A model generated the notes under the pieces. It had not been told where the DNA came from, did not search any database, and saw only the letters and a program-made list of their open reading frames with translations. From contig NMRA01000442.1 of assembly GCA_002633005.1 (NCBI GenBank), positions 62,001-126,000 of the forward strand: 64,000 nucleotides of DNA, written 5' to 3'. Within the stretch, counting starts at the first letter, position 1, and every line of letters begins with the position of its first letter. Positions 40,701-53,000 of the stretch are shown piece by piece. The translations under genes were made by a program, and so were the position numbers. The DNA comes from Phoronis australis (taxonomy: Eukaryota; Animalia; Phoronida).

Positions 40701-43700
40701 TAGTTTACTGTAAATAGCGTAGTGTACAAACATCCCCCAAAACCTAGCGACAACTCGTTACAGGAGATACTTGTTCTAGGGTAAGTCTGTGCGTGGACGG
40801 CACTCTTGACTGACATGTCCAGCAAGCCCGTCCACACGATCATTTCACATGACACGGAATGTACCATCATTTGACCAACTTAAGCTCATGAAGACACATA
40901 CTAACTTCACGGGTGTTGACTTTGTGAGTCACTTTGTCCTACGATTTCTCGACTGTTTTCCCAGACCACAAAAAAAATGAAACAAACACCTAAATTTTTC
41001 GGAAGGTGGCTCGTTTGGACCCCAGTGTTTGGAAGTGTAGGGTGAACACCGATGATAGTTGATTTACATGTAGCAAATTCAAAACAAAAATCAGCAAAAA
41101 GGAGAACAATTAGCAAAGTTCAATGGTCAAGCCAAATACACTGCGATCCTATCAATTGGGAACAACTCGGTCAATTATGTGAACAGGCTTTGACATGAAA
41201 AAGGCAAGGGATGAGTGAAGCAGACTAACATGCACCCTATGTGAAAGACAAACAATAGGCCAGAGGACAACATGATTGTTTGTCTTTGCGAAATTATACC
41301 TACACAGATAAGGAAAATGTCACTGCATGTTGGGATGATAAAGTGCACATGTGTGTTATTTATAGCTTTATCACATTTAGTTGAGATTTTATGTTTTCTA
41401 TGGCCTGATAACCATTTGGTGGCATGTCACCAGATAAGCTGCTCTTTGTATATTGGTCGTCTCTATGGAACTCCCAACAATGAACTATCAAACAGCAACA
41501 AACAATTATAGAAAAGTAAATACACTTCGCACCTATTTCGCAAACTAGAGGACCCTCAAAGGACCACATCATTTAATCAAGTAAATAATCAATTTCATTC
41601 TGGCAATAGCCAGTGGTCAATCAATCAATATCTGTTTACAAATTCCAATTGCAGAGATTTCTTAAGGCATGCCCTCCTCATATTAAAAAGTACCCCTCCA
41701 GGCAAAGACAAACACAGTCTAAATTTGTTGTATTTCCACTTTATTGAGCATTTGTAAATTGTCACCCAGCTTTTTGATTCGACAAAGCCAAACGGCAAAT
41801 AGCACACATCTCATTGAACTCTCAAGATTATTATACCTTAAATACATCTTTCGCAGTAATCATGCACAAGGGCTCTCCAATAAAATCATCCTTTGAAATT
41901 CAGGTAAGACAGCCCAAGGGTTTCGTCAGAACACTGAATGGTATGATTTTAAAGAGGCATTTGACAAAGTGGATCAACCTATTGGGCTCAATAGACAATT
42001 GTTGTTTCTGAATAGAAAAAATTGCATACTTTTAAGGAAATCTGTTTGGAGCCGAACACGAGATTTCTGGATGATGTTCACTAACTACCTTTAATACATA
42101 AAAATCTCATCAATTTCGGACAAAATTAATGGCCAATTTTCTACATCTTCAAGGTTTACAGCATTGTTGTGTATCATTGCCCACATGTTGGCTCACAGTA
42201 GCCAAGGCACAGAACTTGGACATGGAACAAGGAACATTAATTTGATGGACAATATTTTTTGCAGAAAAATAAATAAGAAATAAGAATTCACTTTTCCTGC
42301 ATGTGTTATAAATTGCCGAGATGTTACTGTATACAAAACTATAAAAGAAAGTTATATAACTCTTAGGTATTTTCCAATTTGCAATTTCAATGAGCCAATA
42401 TGCATTGCAGTTACAATTTATCAACACAATGTTCAGATAATTGATGATCCATTTAATTCCATCACTGAAATCAAGAAGAGTGGGCAGAGGATTCAATCTA
42501 TCCACAATGAAGTCAACTTTGATGTTATTTTCGCAAACACCTTTAATTTACCTCAACAACTCTGGTATTACATTCCAGATATAATTAGATTATAACAACT
42601 GGGTATTTTTCCAGAGTAAACCACTAAGTGCTGTTTGTCAACCAGCAACTCTCTAAGCAGTAATCACTTCTCTGTGTTGGCAGACCCACAGGAGACCAAT
42701 TAGACTGTTTGTCACTTGTTCCTGCTTTAATGACAAGACAGAGCCTTTAAGAGTTCACAGGCTAGGGTTAAGTCGTGTTCACACGACAAACTATCCCAGA
42801 ACGATTTGCCTGGAGCAACTTACCCCCAGTTAGCTGGCATTCACTCTGCGTATTCTACACTAAACACTCTATACCTTGTGACAAATGTGGCGCAAAAGTG
42901 ATTTGATACCAGACATTAATACATGAAGCAACAATGCAGCAACTGAATACTTGACACTTGTCTGTAGGTTTGCGTCCACACAACAACTTCCACTGGGGCA
43001 AGCTAACCTTGATAAGGTGGAGTTAGTTGTCACAGGATTGTCCAGTAGCCCATCGCAAATAATGTTCACACTACTATTGAGCCTGGAACAAATCGTTCCA
43101 TGAGTGACTTGTTCTAGGATAACTCATCGTGTGTACGCAATTTTACATCTCCACAAGAAACTCCAATTAATGATGTTTTGCACTATCACCATGGCAATAG
43201 CTGACTTGGAAAACACCAGCCTGTGTTTGGAAACTGATTAATTGAGGTGAAATGTGTTTGTGCCAAATACTGTATTGCTGCAGAAGTATTTCAGACAACT
43301 TTGATTGGAATATTTTAATCATTGGTGGGGGAACTTTTGGGCCTAGTGAGGGGAATTTCGCATGATTTTTAGACAATTTTTCTAGAGGCATGGAGCTTAT
43401 GATTCATCCCTGAAATCGAGGCATCGAGGACCCAGAAAGCATAATGGGGACACATGTCTCAAAATTTGTGAACCATACCCAATTGGAAACAGATAATCCC
43501 TATTTACAACAAAAGATACCAACATCCACTAGTCTTATGACTCAACTGTAAAGTGAGATTAAGCAAAGCTAATTAAGCCTGCTGGAATTTTTGACCTTGA
43601 ACAGGACTGCTGCAACAACCAATAGTCATTAATACCCTAACAACCGAAATCACCCAATCAACACTTTTTAGGAGGTCATATTTGTAAAATTTCTAAATAT

Positions 43701-46700
43701 AAACAGACCACTTGAACTTCTTTGTGGATTGGGAAACAAGGTATAAATGGATTAGTAATCGCACATCTACTCAGGATCATGTGACAGGAAGTCTACTACA
43801 TCCATCATTCCAGAGCTTGGCGGCAAAACAATAGGCGATGGTTTTTGTCAGGCAATGTTAATACAGGAAGTTTTGACATTGCTAGGATGAGAGGAGTAAT
43901 TGGTTTACTATCTGAGATCAGTTTTAAATTGGTTTTTGAGCCAACCTGACACTCAAGAGTTTGTTTGTAGAATATCAATGGCCTTTGCCACGATTATGTT
44001 GGAATCTGAGTTCAGGAAATGGGTGATTAAACCATCATTTAGTAGATATTGAGTTTTTGTCCACAGTACATGGTTTTTGGCCATCAACAGAAAAACATTG
44101 AAGATTAGTACCCAGTTTCCTTAATGAATGGATGCAACACTTCAATTGGATGAAAAAAGGCAACTGCTTAATTTAATATTGCACAGTCCAAAACATTTGG
44201 TGCTCCGTCATCTAGGAATGATGTAGGCTCAGAATTTTTACGATAGCCTCTGTGAGAAGTTCAGTCATCTCTACATACCCCCTGCTTCGCGAGAAGCAAT
44301 GTTGAAAATGTCATTTTCCTCGATTAGTATACAATTAAATGGTTCGCACGTACTTTAAGGAAACAATAAAGCTAGCCTGCAAAGCTTCAAATATTGATTT
44401 GCTTCAAGTTTTTTACCGCAGCACCAATAAAAATCTCAAATTGCTACGAAGGTAAATCAAAAACTTTGCTTGTTCTTTTTACATGACTTCATAACTGAAA
44501 GTATAGAATTCGTTGATTGCTAGTTTCACTGCACAAACGCGGTGTTTGGACTGGACTTTGTCCCTAAATGAGGTCTTACGTGGAGTCCACTGATACAGTT
44601 TTTACATTTGTGTTGCACTCTCATGAGTTCTCCAAGAAGAAATATCATTTTCCACGAGTTACATTTCCCACATAAAAAAGTAATTTTCTCACAACTGCTG
44701 CCTAGCCGCACCTAAATGTCATGAAAAGTGGTGATATAACATGCAAAATGAGAAATTTAACTAAATTATAACCTTTCTTCATTTTCCATCAAATTTCCAC
44801 CCATGGAACTATCTTCACAATGAATGGTAACCCCGTTTTCACACAAATGCAACAAAATATGAACCGAGGCTTAGTACACTCAATGGCATCTGAAGCCAGA
44901 TTATCTAGTCTCATGCCTTAAGACAACTTGGCGAGCTAAAAACATGTTTGATCGCGGAAACTTGACTCTTAACTTTGTCAAAATCATACCAACGCAGCGA
45001 GTGTCATCGGCCAGATACACAGCATTAATCTTCAAATAGACCCCCAGCGGTTGACATTTCAAGTTCAAATTTTTAAGTGACGTGAAGTAGACGGGATTAG
45101 CATTAAAGTTTTGAATTAAACAGTTTGCTTGTCACAACTTGACTTTTTGTACAAAATAATGCATGAATAAGACTTCGAGATGCCTATTTGAGACGGAATC
45201 CAGACAAACAAAGAGCAGAACCTAATATATTTACCAAAAACGTTGAGTATTAATATCGGGTAGAGTATCCAAAGAAAAGACTACAAGAGAAGTTTTTGCT
45301 ATCAACCTGCAGGGCTCGATTAGTCTTTGCGTCAATCGCTTTGCTTTACACGAGTTTGTGCTGCTAGTAAGGTTTAGGTTTTACATTGTCAAAATCATTG
45401 AAAAATCATTGAAACAATCATTTTACTGCAAACCACAAAACTAAAAACATGATTTAAAGGGACAATTCATAAAAATATTATAATAGGCAAAGAAAGACAG
45501 CAATGTATTTCATCCATAAAGTGAAACAGGGAAATCACATGCCTCTGAATTTTGTAATGCTAAAAAACGTAAATAAGATTAGCGTTGTTCTGTTTACTTT
45601 TATCAAATAAGTCTTGCAAAATTCCTCCCGTGATAGGCTTGTTACAAACAACATCTGGGACTGGACAAAACACTTCAGAGTTTATTGGGATTGACCAACA
45701 CTAAAAAATTAGGAATTTGAAAATGGCGCATCTACACATTTCCTGTGACTTAAGTTGGTAACCGAAATGGAATCCAGCGACAATAAGGAATATATCAGGC
45801 CGATTTTATGAGAGTAACTGAGCCTGGGCTTAGCAGAAGCAGGGTTAATTCGATTTTTGTTTTCAGCCAGCTGGACACGTGCGAAATACATGAATTTTTG
45901 AAGAATTAGCCATGCTTATAAAAATTGAAGGTATTCTGATCTTCTTTTCTGCTTCTTTAAGTCACGAGCGATATGCTACATCAGTATGGAAAGGTATGGG
46001 TGCTAACTTTGTGCGAGTAAATTCAGCTGCGTTGCATGAAACTTCAAAACCCAGTCACTGGATAAGGTTGATAGCTGCAGGAAGTCAAGTCATTGTTCAA
46101 CAGTAGCAGAATGACTGGCGATAATATAATGTTTATGCACCAGTCCCGTGGGTATGCATTCCGAATATTACAAAGTGATTTGAAGAATTGAAAAGCACCA
46201 TTTTAGGGGGTTGCTAGGTAGCCAGGTTGAAATAAATTGTTTGAAACAATAAAAATGAGCCAAGTGGCTTTATAGTGAAACATTGAGATACCCAAAACAA
46301 AAGTAGACTTTTAGGCACCATTTGATCAAACACTGTAAGTGTGGTTTGAAGCTCAGACTGCAGTAAAAACATTTTGAGAAGGCGTGCTTGTATTTCTGCC
46401 GGAGTGAAACATTGCTTAAAACATTAAATGAACATGACTGAAGTTCACATTCAAGCGGATGATGAATTTCATTGTGCATTTCAATCAGTTATTCACCACT
46501 AAAAGATTAAGACACTGTCTAAGCAAGACCGATATACAGTGGCCCTGTTCCATGCAAGATGGCAGGCTAACGCAAAATAAAAACATTCATATATTGAATA
46601 GTTGATTTCAATACGGGAGAGATCCTCGTTTCAAATAAACTATTCAGTGACTTGGAGTGGTGCCCATCTTTATCGGATGGCGAGACTATTTATCATGACA

Positions 46701-49069
46701 CATGTCTACACTTCTCTTATCACGTAAGATCTTAAGTAATGAAATAAGAAAAAAAAAATTAATTTATTGATAGCCAATATCTCACAACTACTCAATAGGT
46801 AATTTACTACCTCGCAGCATAGGTTGTGGAGAAATAAACACCATGCCATGTTTGCAACACCGTAGATAAAGCATGTTTCTAAAAACAGCCACAGCAAGAC
46901 CAGTGTTTTTGACAATGTGCCAGCGCTATCTCACAAATCTCAAAATAAATTTGTCTGGTAATCAGTCCCCAGTGGCAAGTTACTAACTGGACACAAGGTA
47001 CAACGTGCTCGACTTATCAAGCACACGAAACCGATGACTTTCCTAGATAACATCAGTTTTGTTCTCAGCACTGCTCTGTTTGGACAATTGTTGTTTCTAA
47101 ATAACAGAGGAATTAATTGTTAATTTGTTATCCTTCATCCCATTGTCTTCTGCTGGAGCCGCCCCCTCCACCCCACATTTCACTTGAACATTGTCGCATT
47201 CTTTCCTGTCTTGTGGAGGGACATTGCATGCCTGACTATCTCAACAAAATTTGAACTCTGGGTAAATATTGGCATCAACACCTATTTTCATGCGCTTATC
47301 ATTTGTCCAGCGTGACATGGATCAGGTTTATATTCCTGTTGTCAAGTACCAAGCATAGGCCGCCTGTACACTGTAGAGGTAATATTCGGATATAATGTGG
47401 CCGAATTTTTGATAACCAATTTCATTCACTGAATAACGAGCATCAAACTGGTTCTCAAAAATACGGGCACGTTATATTCCACTATTGCCCACTGTCGATG
47501 CCAACTGCATAATAGCCACAGCCCGAAATCAATTCTCTTTGAGGGTGTGGCTATTGAAAATACAGCACTGATAATGCCACAAAACCCAAGACTAGAATCA
47601 TCTGTTTGGCACTTCACCAGCCTTCAAATGATGCAGGTGTCATGGGTGTGCCTATTAAGTAACATGCACCTACAGCAACACAGATCTGTATACCATGTAC
47701 ATAGGTACCTAATGGGCAGTCTGACCACTAACTGACCACACAACCAAGCTCAAATTATGTTATTGACCAGCTAATGGATGATTGATGGGGATACCTCAAG
47801 GACATTGACATTTAAGAAGATTGGCTGGTAGGTGATAGATTGCTGGTAAGATTTAATAATAAACTTGATAATCAAGGAAAACAAACTGTATGGGATGGGA
47901 GAGGTCAAGACCTGGTGTTAATTTCCAGGTTTCCAGGAGAGGAAATGCTTAGTATTTTTTGACAAGCTAAGAATCCCAGATGACCTTTCAATTATCAATA
48001 ATTTGTACCCAAAATGCAACACCAAAATTTCAATTTTTGAACCGCATGAACAGTAACAGTGGCAGAAATTGTTTCTCACAAATCAGTGCAGCTAAAATGT
48101 AATTTCTAGACGTTATCATAATTTGAACGCTAATCGTTAATCAATACAAATTCGCAGCTGCAGCTTTAACCCTCCATTTCCTGCAAATTTCCACAGCAAC
48201 TATGAATGTGCCCAGGCAATACTTTAAGAAACATATGATTTTTTCACAGGTATGTCCCCACTTACATGTGAATTGAGTACTTGTATATGCAAGCAATGTT
48301 ATAATGTTATAGTAGTCACTTCCTGAAACCCAACTGCACTCTTAGAAAATCGCAGCATTTACACGCAACTTACATGGAATGTCATTGGGTTTCACATATT
48401 GCTGAGTGTGCATTATGTTATGTTATGTTATGGTTTAATTGTTATTAGGCAACTGCGTAAGCCCATTGAGGCTGGGGGGTGTGGTGAATATTCTGTATTT
48501 GAGATTATGTATTCACTATCACCCTTATGTCACTATAATAAATAATAGTAAAATAAATATTGCTTCACCACAAGTCATCTAATTGTAATGGACATTCAAC
48601 TGTGAGCTGTGGTTAGCTGTGGGTTGTAATGCGGGTAGGAGGTGTTGGTAAAGCTGAAAAACTATCCATGGATGCAATTTGCAATTGACAAATAACTTTT
48701 TACATTCATGACTCAACAAACTGCACCTGCTGTTGAATGTGAAACCATTTTGTTACCTCACAGTCCAGAAGAGCAAATTCCGGGACGTGGCTATGGCATG
48801 CTAACAATGTAACTTACCTGGAGGCGTGCATTCAAACTCATCGCAGCAACGGCCTGGTGTCCCCAAACCTCCTCGGATCAAAGTCAGTTCAGAGCCAGGC
48901 GCGCACACTTCACGACTGCAGAACTCCATACGACATTCGCATGTGGGAGGCAGAGGGCAGCACCCATCCATTTGTGACTTGACAGCGACAGAGTCTGGCG
49001 GACACTGCGGCATGAACATGACACCACACTGGACATCAGAACAGTTTTTGGCGACTTCCGTCTCACTGA
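13549..49069 (-). CDS. CRIM1: CRIM1 orthologue (cysteine-rich motor neuron 1, BMP-binding VWC/antistasin protein); span of 11 identified coding exons, 5' exons not found in window
   Basis: Manually spliced exons all have AG/GT boundaries and compatible phases (about 2109 nt after removing a 41-nt artefact). Domain order Cys-rich repeats - VWC x2 - antistasin x4 - VWC x4 is the CRIM1 architecture, with residue-level similarity to vertebrate CRIM1 (CPPDS..GCCPLP, GTPGRCCDEFEC, CHNPRKVPGQCCPVC, WSDGCRTCFC..REMC, RKGQCCP). Confidence 0.93.
14237..15758. mobile_element. 1.5-kb non-autonomous TIR element (Tc1/mariner-type ends) in a CRIM1 intron
   Basis: TIR attcgccgtagtaaccgccc (14243-14262) vs gggcggttattacggcgaat (15732-15751), 19/20; TA at both outer ends; no credible ORF. 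Confidence 0.75.
16653..16912 (-). CDS. CRIM1: CRIM1 exon, VWC domain 5 (contains a 40-nt duplication plus N, probably an artefact)
   Basis: cgttacag / gtaggt; 219 nt, phase 1-1 after removing 41 nt; SCMSHNRTVFEHGDIWRVNPCQSCMCQYGQVMCYSQTCPPLKCTAEAAVIRKGQCCPMCT. Confidence 0.9.
17673..17888 (-). CDS. CRIM1: CRIM1 exon, VWC domain 4
   Basis: attttcag / gtaggg, 216 nt, phase 1-1; ..SCQSEDGLLGVEGESWQLDRCTRCLCHNNRVLCDSERCPPLLCTHPVHLADRCCPHCPG. Confidence 0.92.
18235..18486 (-). CDS. CRIM1: CRIM1 exon, Ser/Thr-rich linker plus VWC domain 3
   Basis: ttgctcag / gtaagc, 252 nt, phase 1-1; GKKDPFTIPTTASSSTTLIPSIHSTTRSCVSSDGRQFDDGETWSDGCRTCFCQSSREMCVLLNCPLVKCDTPVIVPGDCCPSCP. Confidence 0.92.
18786..19040 (-). 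CDS. CRIM1: CRIM1 exon, antistasin-like modules 2-4
   Basis: ctttttt-ag / gtaaaa, 255 nt, phase 1-1; VLCDLRCPNGLMTDDDGQEICMCAPVVDPCPPLDECFKQCPYGLKRGRNGCLRCRCNKCPPFMCKKKCPGKYARSEQGCKLCRCA. Confidence 0.92.
21335..21454 (-). CDS. CRIM1: CRIM1 exon, antistasin-like module 1
   Basis: tgtttcag / gtaagc, 120 nt, phase 1-1; DVATVTLPPPQCPLLTNCSLECAEGLQQDDNGCYLCQCKP. Confidence 0.9.
22007..22180 (-). CDS. CRIM1: CRIM1 exon, VWC domain 2
   Basis: cccttcag / gtaagt, 174 nt, phase 1-1; GCMSTYGKLYANNETWFEDDWCTSCRCDNGQLHCIASSCMVTCHNPRKVPGQCCPVCD. Confidence 0.92.
23115..23300 (-). CDS. CRIM1: CRIM1 exon, VWC domain 1
   Basis: tatttcag / gtgagg, 186 nt, phase 1-1; SCEHEGIEFQHEERFNLDKCTTCTCRSGLMFCKMALCENQPRCDWMGTPEDECCPVCL. 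Confidence 0.92.
25649..26261. other. Assembly gap
   Basis: Run of N. Confidence 1.
29215..29339 (-). CDS. CRIM1: CRIM1 exon, second Cys-rich repeat, second half
   Basis: cttccctag acceptor, gtaagt donor, 125 nt, phase 2-1; CQCLADSCPPVECPAGTKISILSPALRQPGFCCAKFKCVNN. Confidence 0.9.
32648..32759. mobile_element. ~112-bp fold-back MITE; other copies at 47378-47490, 54841-54926 (partial, inverted), 58596-58720, 59990-60114
   Basis: gggcaatagtc...gactattgccc termini and an internal arm ttgagaaccagttt / aaactggttctcaa shared by the copies. Confidence 0.8.
35512..35632 (-). CDS. CRIM1: CRIM1 exon, second Cys-rich repeat, first half
   Basis: tatttcag acceptor, gtgagt donor, 121 nt, phase 1-2; ENHCRDVHCPLDELADIDCPSDSYRLPSLVTSDGCCLVHQG (absent from ORF track). 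Confidence 0.9.
36360..36429. repeat. 35-bp tandem duplication
   Basis: ataccacggtatcatggtaaggagt(gggt/agga)ccctac x2. Confidence 0.85.
37699..37905. mobile_element. TA-CAGTAAA-type MITE; related copies near 29520-29630, 49685-49918, 50900-51166 (inverted), 55405-55660 (inverted)
   Basis: Shared tacagtaaa..caatttc(g/a)gacaaaaa terminus, cagttatggta core and gtgtcctaaattggtgaga opposite end. Confidence 0.6.
40537..40803. mobile_element. Harbinger-type MITE (GTCCACAC family); related copies at 42772-43142 and 61897-62540
   Basis: TIR ccgtccacacacgcacttatcctgg / ctagggtaagtctgtgcgtggacgg, preceded by TAA; shared acaactcgtt.cagga..acttgttctaggg motif. Confidence 0.7.
48818..49069 (-). CDS. CRIM1: CRIM1 exon, first Cys-rich repeat (equivalent to vertebrate exon 3)
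   Basis: tttacag acceptor, gtaagt donor, 252 nt, phase 1-1; SETEVAKNCSDVQCGVMFMPQCPPDSVAVKSQMDGCCPLPPTCECRMEFCSREVCAPGSELTLIRGGLGTPGRCCDEFECTPP. Confidence 0.92.
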
Positions 49070-49930
49070 CTGTAAACAGACAAAAAGTTCGAGCTCAATG
49101 GCATTTCATGATCTGTATTTTTATTTGAATTTCCTTCCATTTCACAGGTTGCTATCCTTATTACATTACACTCAAAGATTTCAGGAGTTATCAACTCAGT
49201 TATAATTCCTTGTTATTTCTGAAAGAGCTGTAATAATAATTTATTCCTTTAAGATGTGAATTGTTTAGTGTCGCTGTTAGCGTTTTAATTGAGAAACATA
49301 CAAAATTGAATAAATTCACTAATTGCACACTTTGGTGGCGCTACAACAAATGATTGTTGTGCATTGTTGTTTAGGACACTAAGTCTCGTTATAGCATCAA
49401 CTTTAACCATGCCAACGTGAAAGCACGCATGTTCCAAAGAAGGCAGAACCATTATACTTTGTACACAGCACCTCGTTAAGAAGCAAAGAGGTGAATTAGT
49501 GCAAGTAGAGAAAAGTCATCGTTGTCTTAGTAGTTAAGATACTGGTGACAGTCTATGACTATTACTGACCAAAGGCAGAGCCAGGACAAGACGTGTTTGG
49601 CTACCTCAAAAAAAAAACATGACAAACAGTCATGACATGAACAAGACCTTCATATTCTTTAAATGAGCCGCTATTTAAATATAGTACAGTAAATCCCATT
49701 AATTTCAGACAAAAAATAATTGCCAAAACTGTTTCATTTCATTCTTCAAAGGCTTCTTACATGTCCACAATTTCTAAGAATAATGTCAGACGGCAGTTAT
49801 GGTATACATCCTTAATAACGTTATAGCATTTATTTTGTGCTACTTAGTTTTTACGAAAAAATGGAAAAATAGAATTTCACTTGTTGGCCTTGTTGTATCA
49901 TAAATTAGAGAGATTTTGACGCACTGCCTA

Positions 49931-50077
49931 GGGCCTGTTTAAAAAAAATGTGACAACTACCACGTTTTTACACCAATTCCTAGCACAAACCTTCACCAAA
50001 ACTTATGACTGTTGTAAGTCTCCATTCAGACGAAGTGAAAAATGCCGTAGTTACGACTTTTTAACGAAACAGGCCCC
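49931..50077. mobile_element. Small Harbinger-type MITE
   Basis: TIR gggcctgttt / aaacaggccc, CTA on both flanks. Confidence 0.6.
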
Positions 50078-53000
50078 CTAATAACTAAAAACAGATAAGC
50101 AAGATCCTTTATAATACTGGATCCATGAATGCTTCATAACTGCCAATTCAGCCACCTTCTGTCCAGATCCCAACTTGCAAAGCTATCAGTGTCAACTAGT
50201 ACAGATGGCCACCTCTTGGTGGCATGCAGTGTGCAAATTACACAAATAAAAGTACACAATACTTCAAAAATCCCTCCATTTCAACAGGACACAATAAGAT
50301 TAATGACATGGACAGGAGGCTCACAGACATTTGGCTTAACTGAATAAACCACATAAGTGCAGGGGGGACAGTAAACAATGTGGAAGCAAGACAAAAAATC
50401 TGAATGAAATGTTTTTAGTAATTACAGCCCACAGCTGGGAGGCTAGACCACGCACTGCATTCCATCACGTCTTCCAATGTCTCTACTAGCTTTAAAGAGG
50501 TTTATACCCCTGTGCACGAATGTTTTCGCTTCAATTTTCATCAAACTCAAAAACGCCAACAACGGTTGCTAGCCCCACTTTTGCTGGTGCTTTACTACAA
50601 GTTAGAGTTGCTCCAAAACTCTTGTTTTCAGTAGCACTTTTATAGCCAGACCACTTAGAAGTCTATGCACTTAGTCAAATATCTAGAAAACTATATATTT
50701 TAACTAAGTCAGTGTTCATAACACAACTAATACTTTATCTTTCCGCCAACTTCAGTGTCCCAAATTAGTGAGATTTTAAACGCATGGCAGGTGTTGTCTA
50801 TTTTTGGTGTCCTGATCTCGTGAGACTTATAAAGGGGGTGTCGTACACAGCTGGTTCCAAGATTCTTGCCAAATCTCAGTTCTTATTTATCGCTACTAAG
50901 GGTGCGATACACAGTTATGGTAATTTTCCCCTTAGTTAACACACAACATGGCCAACAAGTGAGATTCTATTTTGGCAAAATTCTCCACAAAAACAGAGAC
51001 TAGGAAAAGTGTAGTCTAATACTAGCATGGCGTGCACTGTGTAGATGTCATAAAACAAATTTTGACCAATTTTCCATAATTTTCTGTGAAGTAATCGGCC
51101 TTTGAAAAATGAAAAATGATAATTCTGGCAATTATTTTTGTGTGAAATAAATGGAACATTACCGTAGTGTGTGTAGTTGTCTCTTAAAGTATCTAATTTT
51201 CCTTAAACAAATACAGCTTACCACTTGATACCTTATTACGGGTTAAGATGTGAAATTAAAGGCAGACAGAACATCTGATCAGAAGATCAGGGATGAGAGG
51301 GATGTCTTATCTGACGTCTTATGAGTAATTAGCATAACATTTATGTACAAAAAATCTAATATTCTGGCCTCTCATGTTCAGTCACCATGGGTGGACATGT
51401 CAGGCCTAACCGCAAATCATGTCATTGGCTGTAAGTTTCTTACAGACATTGAAAACTGATCTGCAGTCTGATGGGGTTGTATGATAAGAAGCCAGATCAG
51501 ACATCTGACAAGTGTTCACATGTGAAATTTGTCAGATAGCAGATCAAATATCTCTTCTGATAGGATGGCATGTGAACACCATACATATTATTGAAAACAC
51601 GTCACATGGCATTAAAGAAAAACGCCATCTGTAAGCACTTTCCACCACCAGAGAAGTATCTGTGGGAATGCCCAGGGGTTAACGTTAAAATTATTGGAAT
51701 TTACAGCACTACACATTGTTGAACCCACCTACACACTATCATTAATAAAACGTTATCATTTACTAATGGCCATATAAATCAAAACACACGTTATGCTTCC
51801 ACAAACAACAGCACATGCCACAGACTATGCCACCAAGAAGGAATCAACATATCAACGCAAGTTACATCTACATCGTCTGTGACCAAAGCATATGCTCATT
51901 GTTTTAGGACGCTTTTGTTTGACGTTTTAACAGTTATCATAGGCAGCGCAGCACTGAAAAAAGTTGGGGGCTAAAGCCCCCTCAGCCACCTGTGGTGCAT
52001 CGCCTATAGACCATGAGCGGCATAGCATTGAAAAAAGTAGGGAGCTATAGCCCCCCTCCCCCATGGTCATAGGAGTTAGCGACATTAAGCATAGACCAAA
52101 AGAGAACTTTATTAATAAGATGAGACCTTGAAATCTCATTCTGCAAGTGGGACAAGTTTCATAATATCATTTTTTCTCATGAAGTGGACATTCCAAAGAT
52201 CAGTAACACAGCTCCATCTACATTCAGAAAAAAAAACATTTGTGAAGACTTGGGACTTAAGAGGACGTAGATGTAAAGCTATAAGGTGAGCTGCGTAAAA
52301 TTTAGCTCACATTATTGTAACTGAACACAGCAAGACAAAATGGTCATCCAACTGAAAACGATGTTCATAGTTAACACAGAGTAAATATAGTGCACATGGT
52401 TACAATGAGTAGCGAGAGATTTGTTGTTGTCAGGTGACGCAATGGTTATTTTTCATTGTCTATAGATTATAATCGGATAAGCCCTTAGTTACCTTCCCTC
52501 TGTGAGAATTTTATGCTCGTGAAATCCAACAAGCGAGACATTCGCCTAGCTGAGGCAAAATTCTCATTGTTCGTTTTGTTGCAGACGTGTGAACCGTGAG
52601 CTCAGTTAACCAGTATTGGTGGTGCACTTAGTGCTCCATCTGTGCTGGCCGTTAGTTTCAAGTATCAAGTGACATCGGAAACAATACAGCCGGCTGCCCC
52701 GACACCCCCCACGTGCCAGGCAATAAGTCGCTGGCAGCCAAGCATGAAGTCATTTCGGCTACACTCACAAGTCATAATCTTTAAAACCTTACTTGTACAG
52801 TGGCTTTGGATAAAATGTTCAAGATCTTGTCTGAAACTGACGTGGGCGGTAGCTTTTTTCCTTAGTAAAGGGCCACAGGTTCCAAAATTAGCTGGGGCAC
52901 TGACCTGAACCAACTATGTTTTTTTGTCAAAGGTTAACATTTCAGATGAGCGTCGTCGTAACATGCGCAGATGTAATTAACAAGGTGTACTTTAATTTAA